DNA from: the human T2T-CHM13v2.0 reference genome, Homo sapiens
Reading direction: 5' to 3' (one strand)
DNA length: 64,000 nt
Assembly: GCF_009914755.1 (NCBI RefSeq)
Contig: NC_060936.1
Made by a program: the position numbers and the translations under genes. The notes under the pieces are model-generated. The model saw nothing but the letters and a program-made list of their open reading frames with translations, searched no databases and had not been told where the DNA came from. Positions 13,791 to 27,530 of this stretch are shown in pieces. How positions within the stretch are numbered: the first letter of the stretch is position 1; every line of letters starts with the position of its first letter.

Positions 13791-14352
13791 TTATAGTATG
13801 GGCGGTGAGAAGAAGAGGATGGATTGGGAAAAGTTGTTGGGTAAATCTTGAAGGAGAATATCAGAGTAAGAAGGAAGAACAAAAGGCAACCCCAAAGAAG
13901 TAACCATGATAGCTAATTTTTGCAAGAGATTTCTTATCATTGTACTACAAATATAAATATATGTGATAAGAATATTATTTTTAAAACAGCTTTTATAAAC
14001 AAGTTTGAGGCGCCTCTGCTAATTTAAACTAGTATCTAATTCTACATCGGCTGGATGAAGTCTCAGATTTCCTGTTACAGACCTGCGCATGGGTTCCTTG
14101 CTTTGCGGTCACTGCATATTGTACTGTGCCCTTTTCAGTTCAGTGTATATTTGGAAATGCTCTGATCTAGACAGAATGCATGAAGCAGGGAGATCATCTC
14201 GTCATTTCGAGGTTTTGTCTTTATTCCATTTAGGCTTCTCTTCCTAAAACAACCATTTCCTAAATACCGGGCTTTTGGCTTAACTTCTTTGAAAGTGTGA
14301 GAGGCATTACTCTAGGGGACAGCCTGACCCCATTAGAAACACTCGCCAAACA

Positions 14353-14500
14353 AGGGCTGAAAAACTACCTATTGCATACTATGTTCGTTATTTGGGTGAT
14401 GGGTTAATTAGAACCCCAAACCTCGGCATTATGCAATATCTCCATGTAACAGACTTGCAGGTGTACCTCCTGAATCTAAAAAAAAAATAAAATAAAATAA
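14353..14500 (+). mobile_element. L1PB/L1MA 3' end fragment
   Basis: aaaactacctattg...tttgggtgatggg...catgtaacagacttgcaggtgtacctcctgaatctaaaa plus A-rich tail. Confidence 0.8.
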
Positions 14501-16021
14501 GGAATACTGATCAAGTGTAACCTCATTCATTTCTGTAATGAGGAAACAGGCCCAAGAGGGTAGGCCAACTGTAAATTTTGCTCTCCTTCCTGTCACTAAG
14601 TTCCTTGAGGGCAAGGAGGGTATGGGATACTTCTCTTGTATCTGCACACAGCTGCCAGCACAGAGCAGCACACATACCTGTCTGTGGCCCTAGACGTGCC
14701 TGCTGTCTGTATTCCATCAGGACTCTGGAGTCTCCTTTTCAACCTGAAAACCACTCGTTTCTAATTACTCATCCATAGGAAACACAGGCAACGGATCCCC
14801 AGAAGTCACTTGGGACTGAGTTTCAACACTTTTGTTTCACACAGTTTCAGCACTCACACCAGCTGCAGCTGAAGACCATAGCACTTCAATGAAAAGCAAC
14901 TGACTCCCTCCCCAACCCCTCTGCCCGTAGGCTGCTGTGGTTAGCACTGCACTCAGAGAAAGAATAAATAAAAAGCAAAAGCCCCAGTTGTTCTAAGATA
15001 ACCACAGAGATGACAGATGCTGTTGCATGCAAACTTGCGGGAGAAGAGAGATAAACAGCACATTACAAATCCAACAAAGCATGGTGACGAGAAGCCTTGG
15101 CGGGCAAGTCCCGTTGCTGAGGTGTGACTTCAGAGATCAAGTGGAATGTGCCCTCTTGGTCCCATCCTCCCCTCACCCCTGCACTCTTCCTCTTTCAGCT
15201 GGCTGGGTTTAGAATTTCTTCAGTAGGGAAGAGGATTTTGCCCCGCTGGAAGAATGCTAACTCTCAGGATGAGTGATCCTTTGGGAGACCCCCAGCCCCC
15301 AGCTTACAGGATAAACAAATGGCCAGGAATGAGAAAAGCTGAGGTGGAGCAGCAAAGGGAGGGAGGGTTCCTTTGGCCCACCTTTCAACCCCGAGTGGCC
15401 TCCAGAGAGCTGCCAGTTGTGGTCATGTTCATCCTGGGCTGCGGGCAGAAGGATGGCTCAATACCTTAGCTCATAGCCACCACTTCTGGGTCCCACTTCC
15501 TTCCTTCATCAAGTAGTGTAAAATGACGAGGACCCAAGACAGCTGGAAGCCACTCGCCTTGTTGTCCATGGTTGCTCCATGGCGTATTTGTCTCTTTTGT
15601 CACATTCTGGACACAACCCAACGCATCCATGTCACCAATACCACATGTAGCTGGTGGCACTGCAGCTTTCTGTTGACCTGCCTGAACTAGCCTCCAGGCA
15701 CCAGGCTTGTCACTCACACCGAGCGCAGTGCCTGGCATTCAGAAGGTGCTCAATACATGTTCTTGGATTGAAAGAGCAAAAGGGCAGGGGAGCCAATTCC
15801 ACTCTATGAAATGGGAAAAGCTGTCAAGGAACAGCCGTCACGTTAGTTATGAGACCACAGACGCATTGTCACCCACCTTTTTTGCAGTATGTAGCCATCT
15901 GGCCCATTTTCAGAGCTGCTCTTATCTTTGTCACGACTATCATCTCCACAGCATCAGTAATGACAGACTTAGAAGGTGAGAGGCTTAACTGTAAACCACA
16001 CCTTATTTAAAAAGACTTTGG

Positions 16022-16520
<499 letters not shown>

Positions 16521-17099
16521 ACACTTCTGACTGTCTTGTATTTCATTTTTATTGCTGGTCTCCATGCAATTACTCAGATAGTGCACAAAAGCAAGAAGAG
16601 AGCAGAGTTCTTTCCCTTCCACTTTTCAGCTCCCGAGATGAAAGCCTGGACATGGCAAGGCAGGGGCTGCAATCTCAAGCATACAGAAGATTAACAGAAA
16701 TGGGCCGAGTGGGCAGGGGCCGATGAAGAAGAATCGCTTTCATATTAAGTCTGCCCTCCTCCCTCTGCTGGAAAAAGACAGCCTCCTTGGTTTTCAGTTT
16801 CCCCCTTGAAGAGACATGAGTACATGAGTGATTTCCCTTCCTCCTTAATACTCTATGAGAGAAACAGCACAATGTTGCTAGATGGCAGTCAACGCTCAGG
16901 CTGAACGCAAGAGGGTCAGCAAGAGGTGGTGGGGAAGATGCCAGAGCGGGGCAGGGAGGTCTCTTTAAAAGGACAGCTGCTACCCAACCCAACCAGTTGT
17001 CCACATACTAGAACTGAGTGTTTCCAGTTCTGTTGATTATTCAAAGATTTTTCAGAATTTTTAAATGTTACACACGTTCAGGGTCAACATGAAATGGCA

Positions 17100-17545
17100 G
17101 GTTTATTCCGTGCAGTGTTTCTTGTAATATTAACAGCAAATGACTAAAAACAACCTGTGTTCATCAGTAGGGGATTGCTAAATTATGGTAAATCCATACA
17201 ATGGGATACTATGCCCCTGTAAAAAAAGAATGAGGAAGCTCTCCACATACTGAGAGGGAAAGATCACCAAGATAAATCGAGTGAAAAAGGCAAGGTTAAA
17301 AATAGTGTGTAGAGTCTGTTATAATTATGTAAGAAGTAGAGGGATGAGGCAGATATATATTTGTACTGACTTTTATCTGCAAAAAGAAATCCTGGAAAGT
17401 TGTATAGGAAACTAATAAAAGTGGTTACAAGGGAGGGGCAGGGCAGGACTGGCCAATGGAGGCAGGGATAAGATTTCACCAAATACCTTTCTATAGCGCT
17501 TTAATTTTTGAACCACACAAATGTATTGCTTATTTGAAAAATAAT
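17100..17545 (+). mobile_element. Old L1M (ME/MC) 3' fragment
   Basis: aacaacctgtgttcatcagtaggg...aaattatggtaaatccatacaatgggatactatgc...aaaaagaatgagg. Confidence 0.75.
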
Positions 17546-18214
17546 ACAAAAACACTGTGTACTCCAGCTACTGGGAAGAAAACACATCTACAGGCTACGA
17601 ACAGCCTGCAGGCTTCTGGGTTGCACCTTCACATTAAGGGCTCCAAAACTGGAGAGGCAGAAAAGTTGGCAGCATTGGATCCAAGCTTTACTAGGTGTGG
17701 AGACAAGTAGGTTGTTCAGTATCTGGTGTCTGGAACTCTCTCTGGATTGCCTGGCAATGAGCTAGTTGGGCCCAGCAGCCTCCGCCACCTCCAGGGGGAA
17801 AGTGATGCACTCCCAGCCTCTCTGGAAGAGACTGCTCCAAAACTCAACTCCCCAGGAAACTGAGGAGCTCCAGGGTCACCAGGTGCTGGGCAGACAGAAT
17901 TTCCTGCCATTCCTCGATAGTTAAGGCTGCCTGGAACCCCAGTGGTGTGTTCCCCCCATCAAGGCTCTGTCCCACTTGTCCCATACAAAGGAGAGCGATA
18001 GGTGAGTGCAGTTCCTCCTCTGGAGCACAGCATCCAATGTGTCCAGCTGGGCCCCAGCTCAGCACACCTCTCTAGTGAATGCTGAGAACAGAGGACATGC
18101 TCCCCTGCTGACACTGCTGCCAGTCACTTTCAGGCAGCACCATGGAACACCATTCATATTCACCCCGGCCCTTTGTATGTCCCTAGTCTTGTCACTGTGA
18201 ATGAGCTCACTTAG

Positions 18215-18654
18215 TGTGGCAGCTTGAACTGTGATCTCCACATTGAAGTCCTAACCCCTAGTACCTCAGAATGTGATCTTCTTTGGAAACGGGGTTGCTG
18301 AAGATGTAATGAGTTAAGATGAGGTCATACTGGAGTAGGGCGGTTCCTAATATGGCTGGTGTCCTTATAAAAATGGGAAAATTTGGAAACACACACACAC
18401 AGGGAGAATGCCATGTGATGATAAAGGCAGGGATTGGAGTGACGCAGCTGCAAGCCAAGGAAGACCACAGTCGGCCAGCAAATCGTCAGAAGCCAGGGCG
18501 AGGCAAGGAGGGGCCTCCTATACACCACAGAGGGGTCAGGCCCTGCTGATACCTTGGTTGCAGACCTCTCGCCTCTAGAACTGGGAGACCTGACATTTCT
18601 GTTAATCACCCAGTTGGTGGCACTTTGTTAAGGCAGCCCTAGGAAACTCATACA
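18215..18654 (+). mobile_element. MLT1 (C-like) MaLR solo LTR
   Basis: gtcctaacccctagtacctcagaatgtga...ttaagatgaggtcatactggagtagggc...gcagccctaggaaactcataca. Confidence 0.88.
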
Positions 18655-19891
18655 CTCAGCAACCTCAGGCCAACTCGGGTGGCAAAAGTACCCGCCATTG
18701 CTCCTTCTCAGCAGGTGCCCAACAGATACTGGTGACAACACTGCTCCTATGAATGAAGATCCCAGGACCTGGCCCGGTCAAGTGTATTGTGTCGGAATGC
18801 ATCAAATAGTCAACCAATAAACAATGGCTGAGTACCCGACCTTGTGAAGAATGCAAAAGACATAAAATATTCCATTACTACCCTCAAGGAGTTGACAATC
18901 TGATTGAAGATTCAAGAAAGACATGTGTAATAATGGCCAAATTAGTATTATCTTCCCCCAGCCCTCACCCACGACCAGCAGATGCCACAGAAGTCACTCT
19001 TAACTAAATTGCACTGTGCTCCCAGCTGGATTCAACCTTCTACTGCATCTCATTTCGCTGCTCCCTGCATGTGTCTGGAAGAACTGCTTTTCCAGCTCTC
19101 CAGGACATTCTTTAGGATGTCAGGCTATTAGACAATTTCTAGAAGCTGTCGCCACTGCTCCTGGCATGGAGCCCACACTTCTTGCCCACTGCGGACACCC
19201 ACTCCTGGCCAGAATTGTCTGCCACCCCTGGTGAAGCCGCTCCCATCAGTTTCTTATGAGCGCTTTTGTCCCAGTCAGAGAAGCAGACCCTGTGGGATGT
19301 TGAGCCTATTCTGCAGCAATCAATGAATCTGACAAGCAAAAAACATGAGATCCAGGTGGTTTGAGAGTCCACTTTGCTAAGCTGACAGTTTTCAAGCCAG
19401 GGGCAGGCTACAGAAAATCAGAGACCCTCAGGAGAAATGCTGTTTTCTTATCCTCATTCAGAACATTTGTTTGTTTGGCCCAGCCTTCTCACAGGCGGCT
19501 GCTCCCAGTACCCCCTGAATCCAGGAACTCCGATTCTTACCATCAGCAAGACTCCTGTGCAGCCACACACCTGGCAGGAGAGGAGGCAGCACACCTGTGT
19601 TGAATTCTCCTGGCACTCCTGCTGAATCCCAGCGCTCTGGATCCGGCTCCTGCAGGGTTTTTCTTGTGCTAAGTGCCCAGTGGAGGCTCTGGCTGGGCTC
19701 ATGGAGGAAGAGTGGCAAGTTGCTGCTGCCCCACCCTTGACAAACAGCCCAATGGCCCCAGGTGGCTCCGTGCCAGCCTCCTGAAGGGCAGCTGTGGTCA
19801 GGGCATGACCTGTGGGTAGAACAGAGAGAGGAAAGGGTTCCTCACTTTGACTTCAAGCAATTCATTTTAGATTATCTGGGTTGGGCTTTGA

Positions 19892-20380
19892 GGCAGACAC
19901 TGTGGCTTGCTGAAGCAGCATCCATTTATCCTTTCCTCCTTTCTAGCAGAACTCCATTTCTGTTCACTCAGGACAGTGACCTCCTCCCCAGCTCAGAGGC
20001 CTCATCCAGCCAAAACAATGCAAGCTTCTTGCCAATGGGTAGGTTGGGGTGGACTCTACTCCGTCTCTGGTTGTTAAGACGTGAGAGGAGCCCTGCTAGG
20101 GGTGCTCGGAGAAGTGTTTTCCTGGCTCTTTTCCTCTGCTGGATGCTGTGCCATCTGATGTGTTGACTGCAACTTCTGCAGCCACTTTGTGACCATGAGG
20201 AGGAAGCCTGAGGCAGAACAGAAGGACTGAATCCGGGCCCTTGATGACATCGTTGACCACTGGATCAGACAACACCAATGTCACCCTTCCTCCAGACTTC
20301 TTATTACACATGCGATAAATATCCTTGTTTAAATCCATCGAGTTGTGGGTTTTTGCTACTCATAGCTAAGATTATCTGAG
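19892..20380 (+). mobile_element. Old MLT1 (J/K-like) LTR
   Basis: gcagccactttgtgaccatgagg...cccttgatgacatcgttga...tccagacttctt...ataaatatccttgtttaa. Confidence 0.65.
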
Positions 20381-20469
20381 GTGATGTGCACTGAGATGTT
20401 CCTGAGACCACAAGACCACATTCTAGAATCCAATCCCACTATCCTAACCACAACATTCCCAAATTTTCA

Positions 20470-20471
<2 letters not shown>

Positions 20472-20509
<38 letters not shown>
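20472..20509 (+). repeat. (CA)n microsatellite
   Basis: ~19 perfect AC units. Confidence 0.97.
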
Positions 20510-20511
<2 letters not shown>

Positions 20512-20550
20512 TTCTCTCCACCTTTTCTTGGTATTCAGTCCTTTTCCTAG

Positions 20551-20882
<332 letters not shown>

Positions 20883-21018
20883 TGTATTTTCAATAAATTC
20901 TGCAACATATGCCAATTCCATCATTTAATTAAGAAACATTTTTTACCCCCACTGATGTACCAGACACTTTGCTGGGCTCCCGGGACTCAAAACTGAAGTC
21001 AGGGACTAAACCCTGAAA

Positions 21019-21230
21019 ATGGCATGGAAGTTCCTCAAAAAACTAAAAATAGAACTAGCATATGATCCAACAATCCCACTTCTAGGTATATGTCCGAAGG
21101 AAACACGATCAGTAGCTCAAAGTCATCTCCGCACTCCCGTGTTCACAGCAGCAGTATTCACAATCACCAAGACATGGAAACAACCTAAGTGTCCATCAAC
21201 AGACGAATGGATAAAGAAACTGTGAGGTGT

Positions 21231-21261
<31 letters not shown>

Positions 21262-21835
21262 CATATACATAATAGAATATAATTTATCCATAAAAAGAAG
21301 AAAACCCTACCATTTGCGACAGCAGGGGTGAACCTCGAACCTTGAGGGCATTATGCTAAGTGAGGTAAGCCAGACAGAGAAAGGCAAATTTATGATGTCA
21401 CTTATATGAGGAATCCAAAACAATTGAACTCAGAGAAACAGAGGGCAGAACGGTGGTTGCAAGGGGCTGTAGGTGGCGAGAGAGGGGAAATGTTGGTCCA
21501 AGGGTACAAAATTGCAGTTACAATGTGGATAAGCGGGTAAGTTCTAGAGATCTAATGTACAGCATGATGACTTAATACTGTATTGTATACTTGAAATTTG
21601 CTAAGAGGGTAGATTTTAAATGCTCCTACCACATACACAAAAATGGTAACTAGGTGGGGTGATGAATGTATTAACTAACTTTATAAAAAAAATTTTCTCT
21701 TTGAATTCTATGTTAACCAACTTGATTGGGCTATCATTTCATAATATACACATATATATCAAATCATCAGGTTGTACACCTTAAATTTATAGAATTTTAT
21801 CTTTCAGTTACACCTCAATAAAGCTGGAAGAAAAT
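21019..21835 (+). mobile_element. L1MA/MB 3' fragment (ORF2p C-terminus and 3' UTR)
   Basis: ORF 21019-21225 WKFLKKLKIELAYDPTIPLLGI...KTWKQPKCPSTDEWIKK is the L1 ORF2p C-terminus; ends cacctcaataaagctgg; (TG)n inside. Confidence 0.92.
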
Positions 21836-22089
21836 GAAGCCCTGCGGAGATAGAGCAAGTGAGCCCAACTCCTGGAAAAGAGGTGAGTGCAGGGAGGCAA
21901 ATCCTAGGACAGGGTGCACGCAAGCCTGTGTGGGCACAAAGAAGGGTGCGGGGAGACCTGGCGCTGGGAGAGTGTTAGCAAAATGCTCCTCAGAAAAGAA
22001 ATGAATTCTTGAAGGGAGACAAGAAAACTGCAAGCAATAGAGGCAGGCAGACATTCACAACTGAGTAAGTAAATAGTAATAAAATAACA

Positions 22090-22310
22090 ACCAACAATGG
22101 TGGCAACTAACAGTTCCTGACACAATGACCCAGGCAGTGTTTGAAAGTTTTCTGGGTACTAACCCATTTAATCCTCCTCCAAAGCCTGTAAGGTAGTTCA
22201 AGGATTAGCCCCATTTTATGGATCAGTAAACTGAGGCATGGAGAGGTTAAGTGATACAGGAAGTGGGTAGCAGAGGCAGGACTTGGACCCAGGCCGTGGA
22301 GCTCCGAGGC
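22090..22310 (-). mobile_element. MIR
   Basis: catttaatcctc...ccccattttatggat...aaactgaggcatggagaggttaagtga. Confidence 0.8.
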
Positions 22311-22334
22311 TCACATGCTTTATAGGCTACACTG

Positions 22335-22511
22335 GTGGTTCTCACAGTGGCCGTCAGGAGAGAAGCCCCCACAGCCCCTGGAAACTTGTTACCAATTCAG
22401 ATCTTGGGCCTCATCTCAGACCCACAGAGTTAGAACCTCCGCAGGTGAGGCCCAGCATGCCACGTTTTCACAGCAGGCCTTCCTTGTGATTCTGATATTT
22501 GAGAACCCTGC
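22335..22511. mobile_element. MER5A-type hAT element
   Basis: gtggttctcacagtgg...gaaacttgtt...gggcctcatctcagacc...gtgattctgata...tttgagaaccctg. Confidence 0.7.
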
Positions 22512-22689
22512 TTGACACTATAAGCCTGTACTGAGAAGGGATGGCATGCTCAGAGGACCATGAATGCTGCAAAGAGAAGCAAAAGCCAGAGGGCAAGACA
22601 AGTAAGCTGTGAAGAAGCCCATCAGGAGGGTGGGCTTTACTGTATGGGCATGAGGGAGAAAGGTATGGGGTGAGGCAGGGAGGTGGCTT

Positions 22690-24345
22690 GATTGGGCTTT
22701 GTTCTCTGTGACAAGATCTCTGGCATGAGTGCTAGTAATAGACTAGATGGGGAAGAAGATGGAAGGAGGGGGGCCAGGTAAGAGGCTGATGCTATGACCC
22801 CAACAAGTACAGCAGGGGCTGCACTAAGGCGGTGGCAGTGCAGAGAGAGGAGGGATAGGGACAGATTCAAGAGACAGAGTGTGATGACAGCTGAACATGG
22901 GTACTGAGCTGGTAGAGGTATCTAGGATGACTCCATGACATCTAGCTTCAGAGGTTAGGTAGATGGGTGACATTATTTAGCCAGATTGGAAATTCTACAG
23001 GAAGGACAAGTTTGGCAAGGAAGAGAATTAGTTCCACTTGGAAATGTTAAGCTTGAGGCTTCCATGGGACATTGGAGTGGAGGCATTTAGGATGCAGTGA
23101 GAGAAAGATCTGGTGTGCAGGAGTGGGGACAGGGCTAGACATGTAGGTGTGGGATTCGCCAGTTGAAATATATGAGGGTTGAAGCTGCAGACATAATGAA
23201 GGCTGCTCACAGACTGTGCAGAGGGAGCAGAAAAAAACTGAGGGCTGGAATCATGCAGGACACTAACATTTAAGGGACACTCAGAACACGTCAGCCAAGG
23301 AGGCTCAGAAGCAGTGCTTAGAGAGGAAGCAAAGGAAATAATGTTGTCTCAAAACCCAAAGATGAGAAAAGATGGAGAACGTTTAACGAACTAGAGGCTG
23401 ACAGCAGGTTCAAATGTTGTAGACACGTCAGACATTCCAGAGAAGAAACCCTGGACTTATCAATGAGGAGGCCACCGGTGAACTCAGTAATAGCAGTCCC
23501 AGTGGAGGGATGGAAGCAGAAGCCAGATTCATTCACAGATGCATTCTCCAATAAGCAACAGCTATCATGTGCCAGGCTTTGTGCTTTGTGCTGGGATAGG
23601 GTGATGAACTCAGCCCTTACCAAGTAGTGGACAGGGGAGAAAGTGGACAGAAATTACAATGATTACAGGATCACAACTGGGGTAAGTGTTCTGATGAAGA
23701 CATGAAGACACACAAAGGGCTTGCTATAGGGAGCCCAAATTAACAAGACCAACACAGAAGATGAGAGAAAGGAAATTACATTTCTGTTGGGTCCACGGGG
23801 TGAATAGGAGCAACCCAAGGAAAGGTGGGTGGGAAGCCTGTTAAGGAGGGAGGACAGTGGGCATAAATACCCTCAGGTAGAACACGCTTTTTGTGTGTTC
23901 AAGAAATGGAAGGAAACCAGGGTGGCTAGAACAATCCTAATGTGGAAGAGAGTGGTAGGAGATGAGGCTGAAGAGTAGGACTTGATGGGCAGGTTAGAGA
24001 TTTGGGACATTACCCCAACAAGCCAGAGGAAATCACTAAAGTTAAAATCTAAAAGGTTGGGAGAGACATGATCTGATTTGCATTTTTAAAAAGATGACTT
24101 TGGCTGCTTGTGGGGAATGAAATTGGAAGAGGAGGGATATGGAGTGGATACATGGAGGCTGGTTGGGGGAATCACTACAGCCCAGGCAAGAGATGGCAAC
24201 ATCTTGGACCAGGGCAATGGCAGCAGAAGTAGGTGCAGGTAAAGAGATTCTAGAGCTATTTAGAGGTGGAATCAAGAGGACTGGGTGGCCAATGGGATGT
24301 AGTAAGTGGGGGGAAGGAGCAGTTGAGGCCAGCATGGACTCTGTG
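22690..24345 (-). mobile_element. Two adjacent L2 fragments
   Basis: Purine-rich L2 antisense signatures (ggaaatgttaagcttgagg, gtggagggatggaagcagaagccagatt, catgatctgatttgcatttttaaaaagatgactttggctgc). Confidence 0.75.
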
Positions 24346-24774
24346 GTCCCATCTACATCTATTCTTGGATACTCCCACAAGGCCACTGGGATGGAAGAAC
24401 ACATATCCTTTGAATTCCAAGGCATCAAGTCCTACTGGCTTTTGTAGGGCTCAGATCAGAACTAGAGGACAAGTCCTACCAAGCCTTCCTCTCCTAAAGG
24501 AGCCTCTCATCGATAAAATGATGTCTTCTAAATAGGCCTCCTGAAAATCTCCTCACCTTGTTTGGTGACACTCCTTCTGGTGTCATGTCCTGTGGGGTGG
24601 GGTGCCAGGCTGGCCAAGCCCCATGGCGAGTGGCTTCTCATCACAACACCCTATGCACTCTTTAGGGTATTCATAAAGTGCATTCAGTACATGTGGGCAA
24701 TTCTAGGCTCCTAATGCCAATCTCCATCTGATCAGTTTTCCCTCTCCTAATTTTGTCAATTTTCCAACAACATG

Positions 24775-25790
24775 CTAGATTTCTATTTTCATCATTATGG
24801 CAGGCTAAGTACCTAGATGGACCTTACCACTAGAAACTACTAAAAAGTCTTATATAAATTTTTTTTTAATTTCCAAAAGCACTGATGGACTGACAAGAAA
24901 GGAAGGAATTCACGGGCCAGGGGCTTCTTTAGATAATATATATCCAGATACTGACCATAAAAATGACTGTAATGTATTCAAAGAAATTAAAGCCAAGCTT
25001 GAAGATTATGTGCAGGAGACAAAAAGTCATGAGGAATAACCAAGAAGTTTTGAAGAATGAACCAAAGAGAATGTTTAGAAATAAAAAAATAAATAATTGA
25101 AATTTCAAACTGTGGATAGACTTAAGAGCAGATTAAATACAGTTTGAGAAACAGACAGTAAACTGGAAGCTGGGTCAATAATAAATTAACCAAAATGCAG
25201 CACAAAAAGACAAAGACACTGAAAATATGAAAGAGAACTTAAGAGACATGAAAAAGAGTCTAACATACATCTGTTTGGAGTTTCAGAAGGAGAAGGAAAA
25301 GAATATTTAAACAGGTAATGACTAAGAATTTTCTAAAGTGATGAAAGATACCAAGACACATATTCAAGAATCCCAAGAAGAATAAATAAAAAGAAATCCA
25401 TAAGCAGACACATGTCAGTGAGGCTTTAGACCACCAAAGACAAAGAGAGTGTCTTAAAAGCAGCACAGAGAAAAGAGAAATTACCTTCAAGGGATTAACA
25501 GGTTATTTCTCATCAGTGATGAACAAGACAGAAGGCAGTGGTAAAATACCTTCAACATGCTAAAATCATGTCACTGTCTTCTGAGAATTCTATACTTAAA
25601 AAGATATCCTTTAAGAACAAGAGAAATAAAGACATTATCTGACAAAAAAAAAACCTGGGAGTTGGCCACATGGAGACTCTCACTGAAAATGAAAATTTTA
25701 AAAGATAGACATCAAACAGAAAAAGACAGAATCTAGGTGAAAGATCTGAGATTAAGGAAGAAATGAAAAACAAAGAAGCTGAAAATGGAT
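24775..25790 (+). mobile_element. Ancient L1M 5'/ORF1-region fragment
   Basis: A-rich ORF1-like remnants (gagtctaacatacatct...ggagtttcagaaggagaagg; gagaaattaccttcaaggg; aaaagatatcctttaagaa). Confidence 0.7.
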
Positions 25791-25809
25791 TTTCTCAGTG
25801 TGTTGTTGA

Positions 25810-26050
25810 AAAAGTTACAGATTGGTAGTCAGACATGCTTATACTGGTATCTTGCTGCCATCTCTTGCTATCTGAGAAACTTCAATCAAATTACTTAATC
25901 TCTCAGAGTCTTGATTTCTTCATCTTAAAAATTCATCTAACAGTGTCACTTATATGAGCATTTTTTTGAGGAATAAATGAGCAAATACCTACGAATGCTC
26001 CCAGCATAGCTTCTGTATCTGGAAGGTGTAAAGTAAATGTTAATTTCTTA
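25810..26050 (+). mobile_element. MIR
   Basis: attacttaatctctcagagtcttgatttcttcatct MIR core. Confidence 0.6.
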
Positions 26051-26261
26051 TCCCTTTTAAAATTAATGAATACATTTTAAAAATAAGACATTGCTAACAA
26101 CAACGAATGACTCCCTTTGCTTCAGTTCTAAGATAAAATTCTGGCACTGTTTCAAATTGTACAAATATGAACTCGTGTTCAGCAGTTATTTTCATCTTTC
26201 CAGTATCAGGCCTAAGATATTTTGAACAAAATATTTATGATCTCTTTATTTAAGAAATACT

Positions 26262-26597
<336 letters not shown>

Positions 26598-27339
26598 CTA
26601 GATGAACTCACAATTTTAAAATAATTTGTGGTCACAGTGTTATGAGGTTATAAAATAGATGCTGGTCCATCCGTACTGCAAAACGACATATCCTGCTCAT
26701 CCTCTTTCCTCACATCCTTGCCCAGGGCTCTCCTTTCAACTAGGAGATCCCTGGAGATCAAAAATGATCCCTCTGCAGCTTCTGCTACCCCAACCCCCAT
26801 GCTGGAGAGCCCCCCAGCTTCTTCCATGACCCTACTCTCAGTTTGATTAGGGAATGAAAAAGGAGAGGAAAGCCAAAGTTAATAAAAGGTAGCTAAGAAA
26901 AGTTAGCTTATTCTTTAGGGTCTCTGCCCAATTTTTATTTGGCAACACTTCCGGGGAAACAGATAAAGTCAGAGTGAATCTTTCCTTGATGGTGTCAAGG
27001 AAACAAAAAGCACTGGTCCTGAAGTTCTAAGTTCTGCGTCCTGGGGTGGCGTCCTTACTCGGCATTTGCAACTTACATGTCCTTGGGCAAGCCACTTAAC
27101 CCCTCTTATTTTATTTATGAGGCAATAATTATATCATATTTGTAGAGCATTTTACAATGTATTAAGTGCCTCCACAGTCATAATTTTATTTAATATGCTT
27201 GGCCAAGTGTATAATACTCAGTACTAATACCTTACTGCATTGCTGTACACATTTGAAAGCAGAGTCTGTGGGTTGCTGTGTGAATTGCAAACACCTTCAT
27301 CAACAGAGAGATCATCTCCGTGTACATAATTTAACCCAT

Positions 27340-27530
27340 TATGGTTATTGAGTGGGCTCTGCAGTCAAGTGCCTGGATTTGAATTCTGGTTTTACACTTA
27401 CTAGCCATGTGACCTCGAGCAAGTTGCTTAGCTACTTTATAAGCCTCAGTTTCCTCACCTTTAAGTTAAGGAAAATAATAATTGTACCAGCTTGTAGTGC
27501 AGAGCTTTGCATATGGTGGGCTCTCAGTGA
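27340..27530 (+). mobile_element. MIR
   Basis: tgcctggatttgaattctgg...acttactagccatgtgacctcgagcaagttgctta...gcctcagtttcctcac. Confidence 0.8.

Noticed and set aside
19139-19328. Candidate minus-strand exon after acceptor ttttttgcttgtcag (FIDCCRIGST...)
   Set aside because: Good acceptor but no convincing donor and no recognisable protein; not supportable without RNA data
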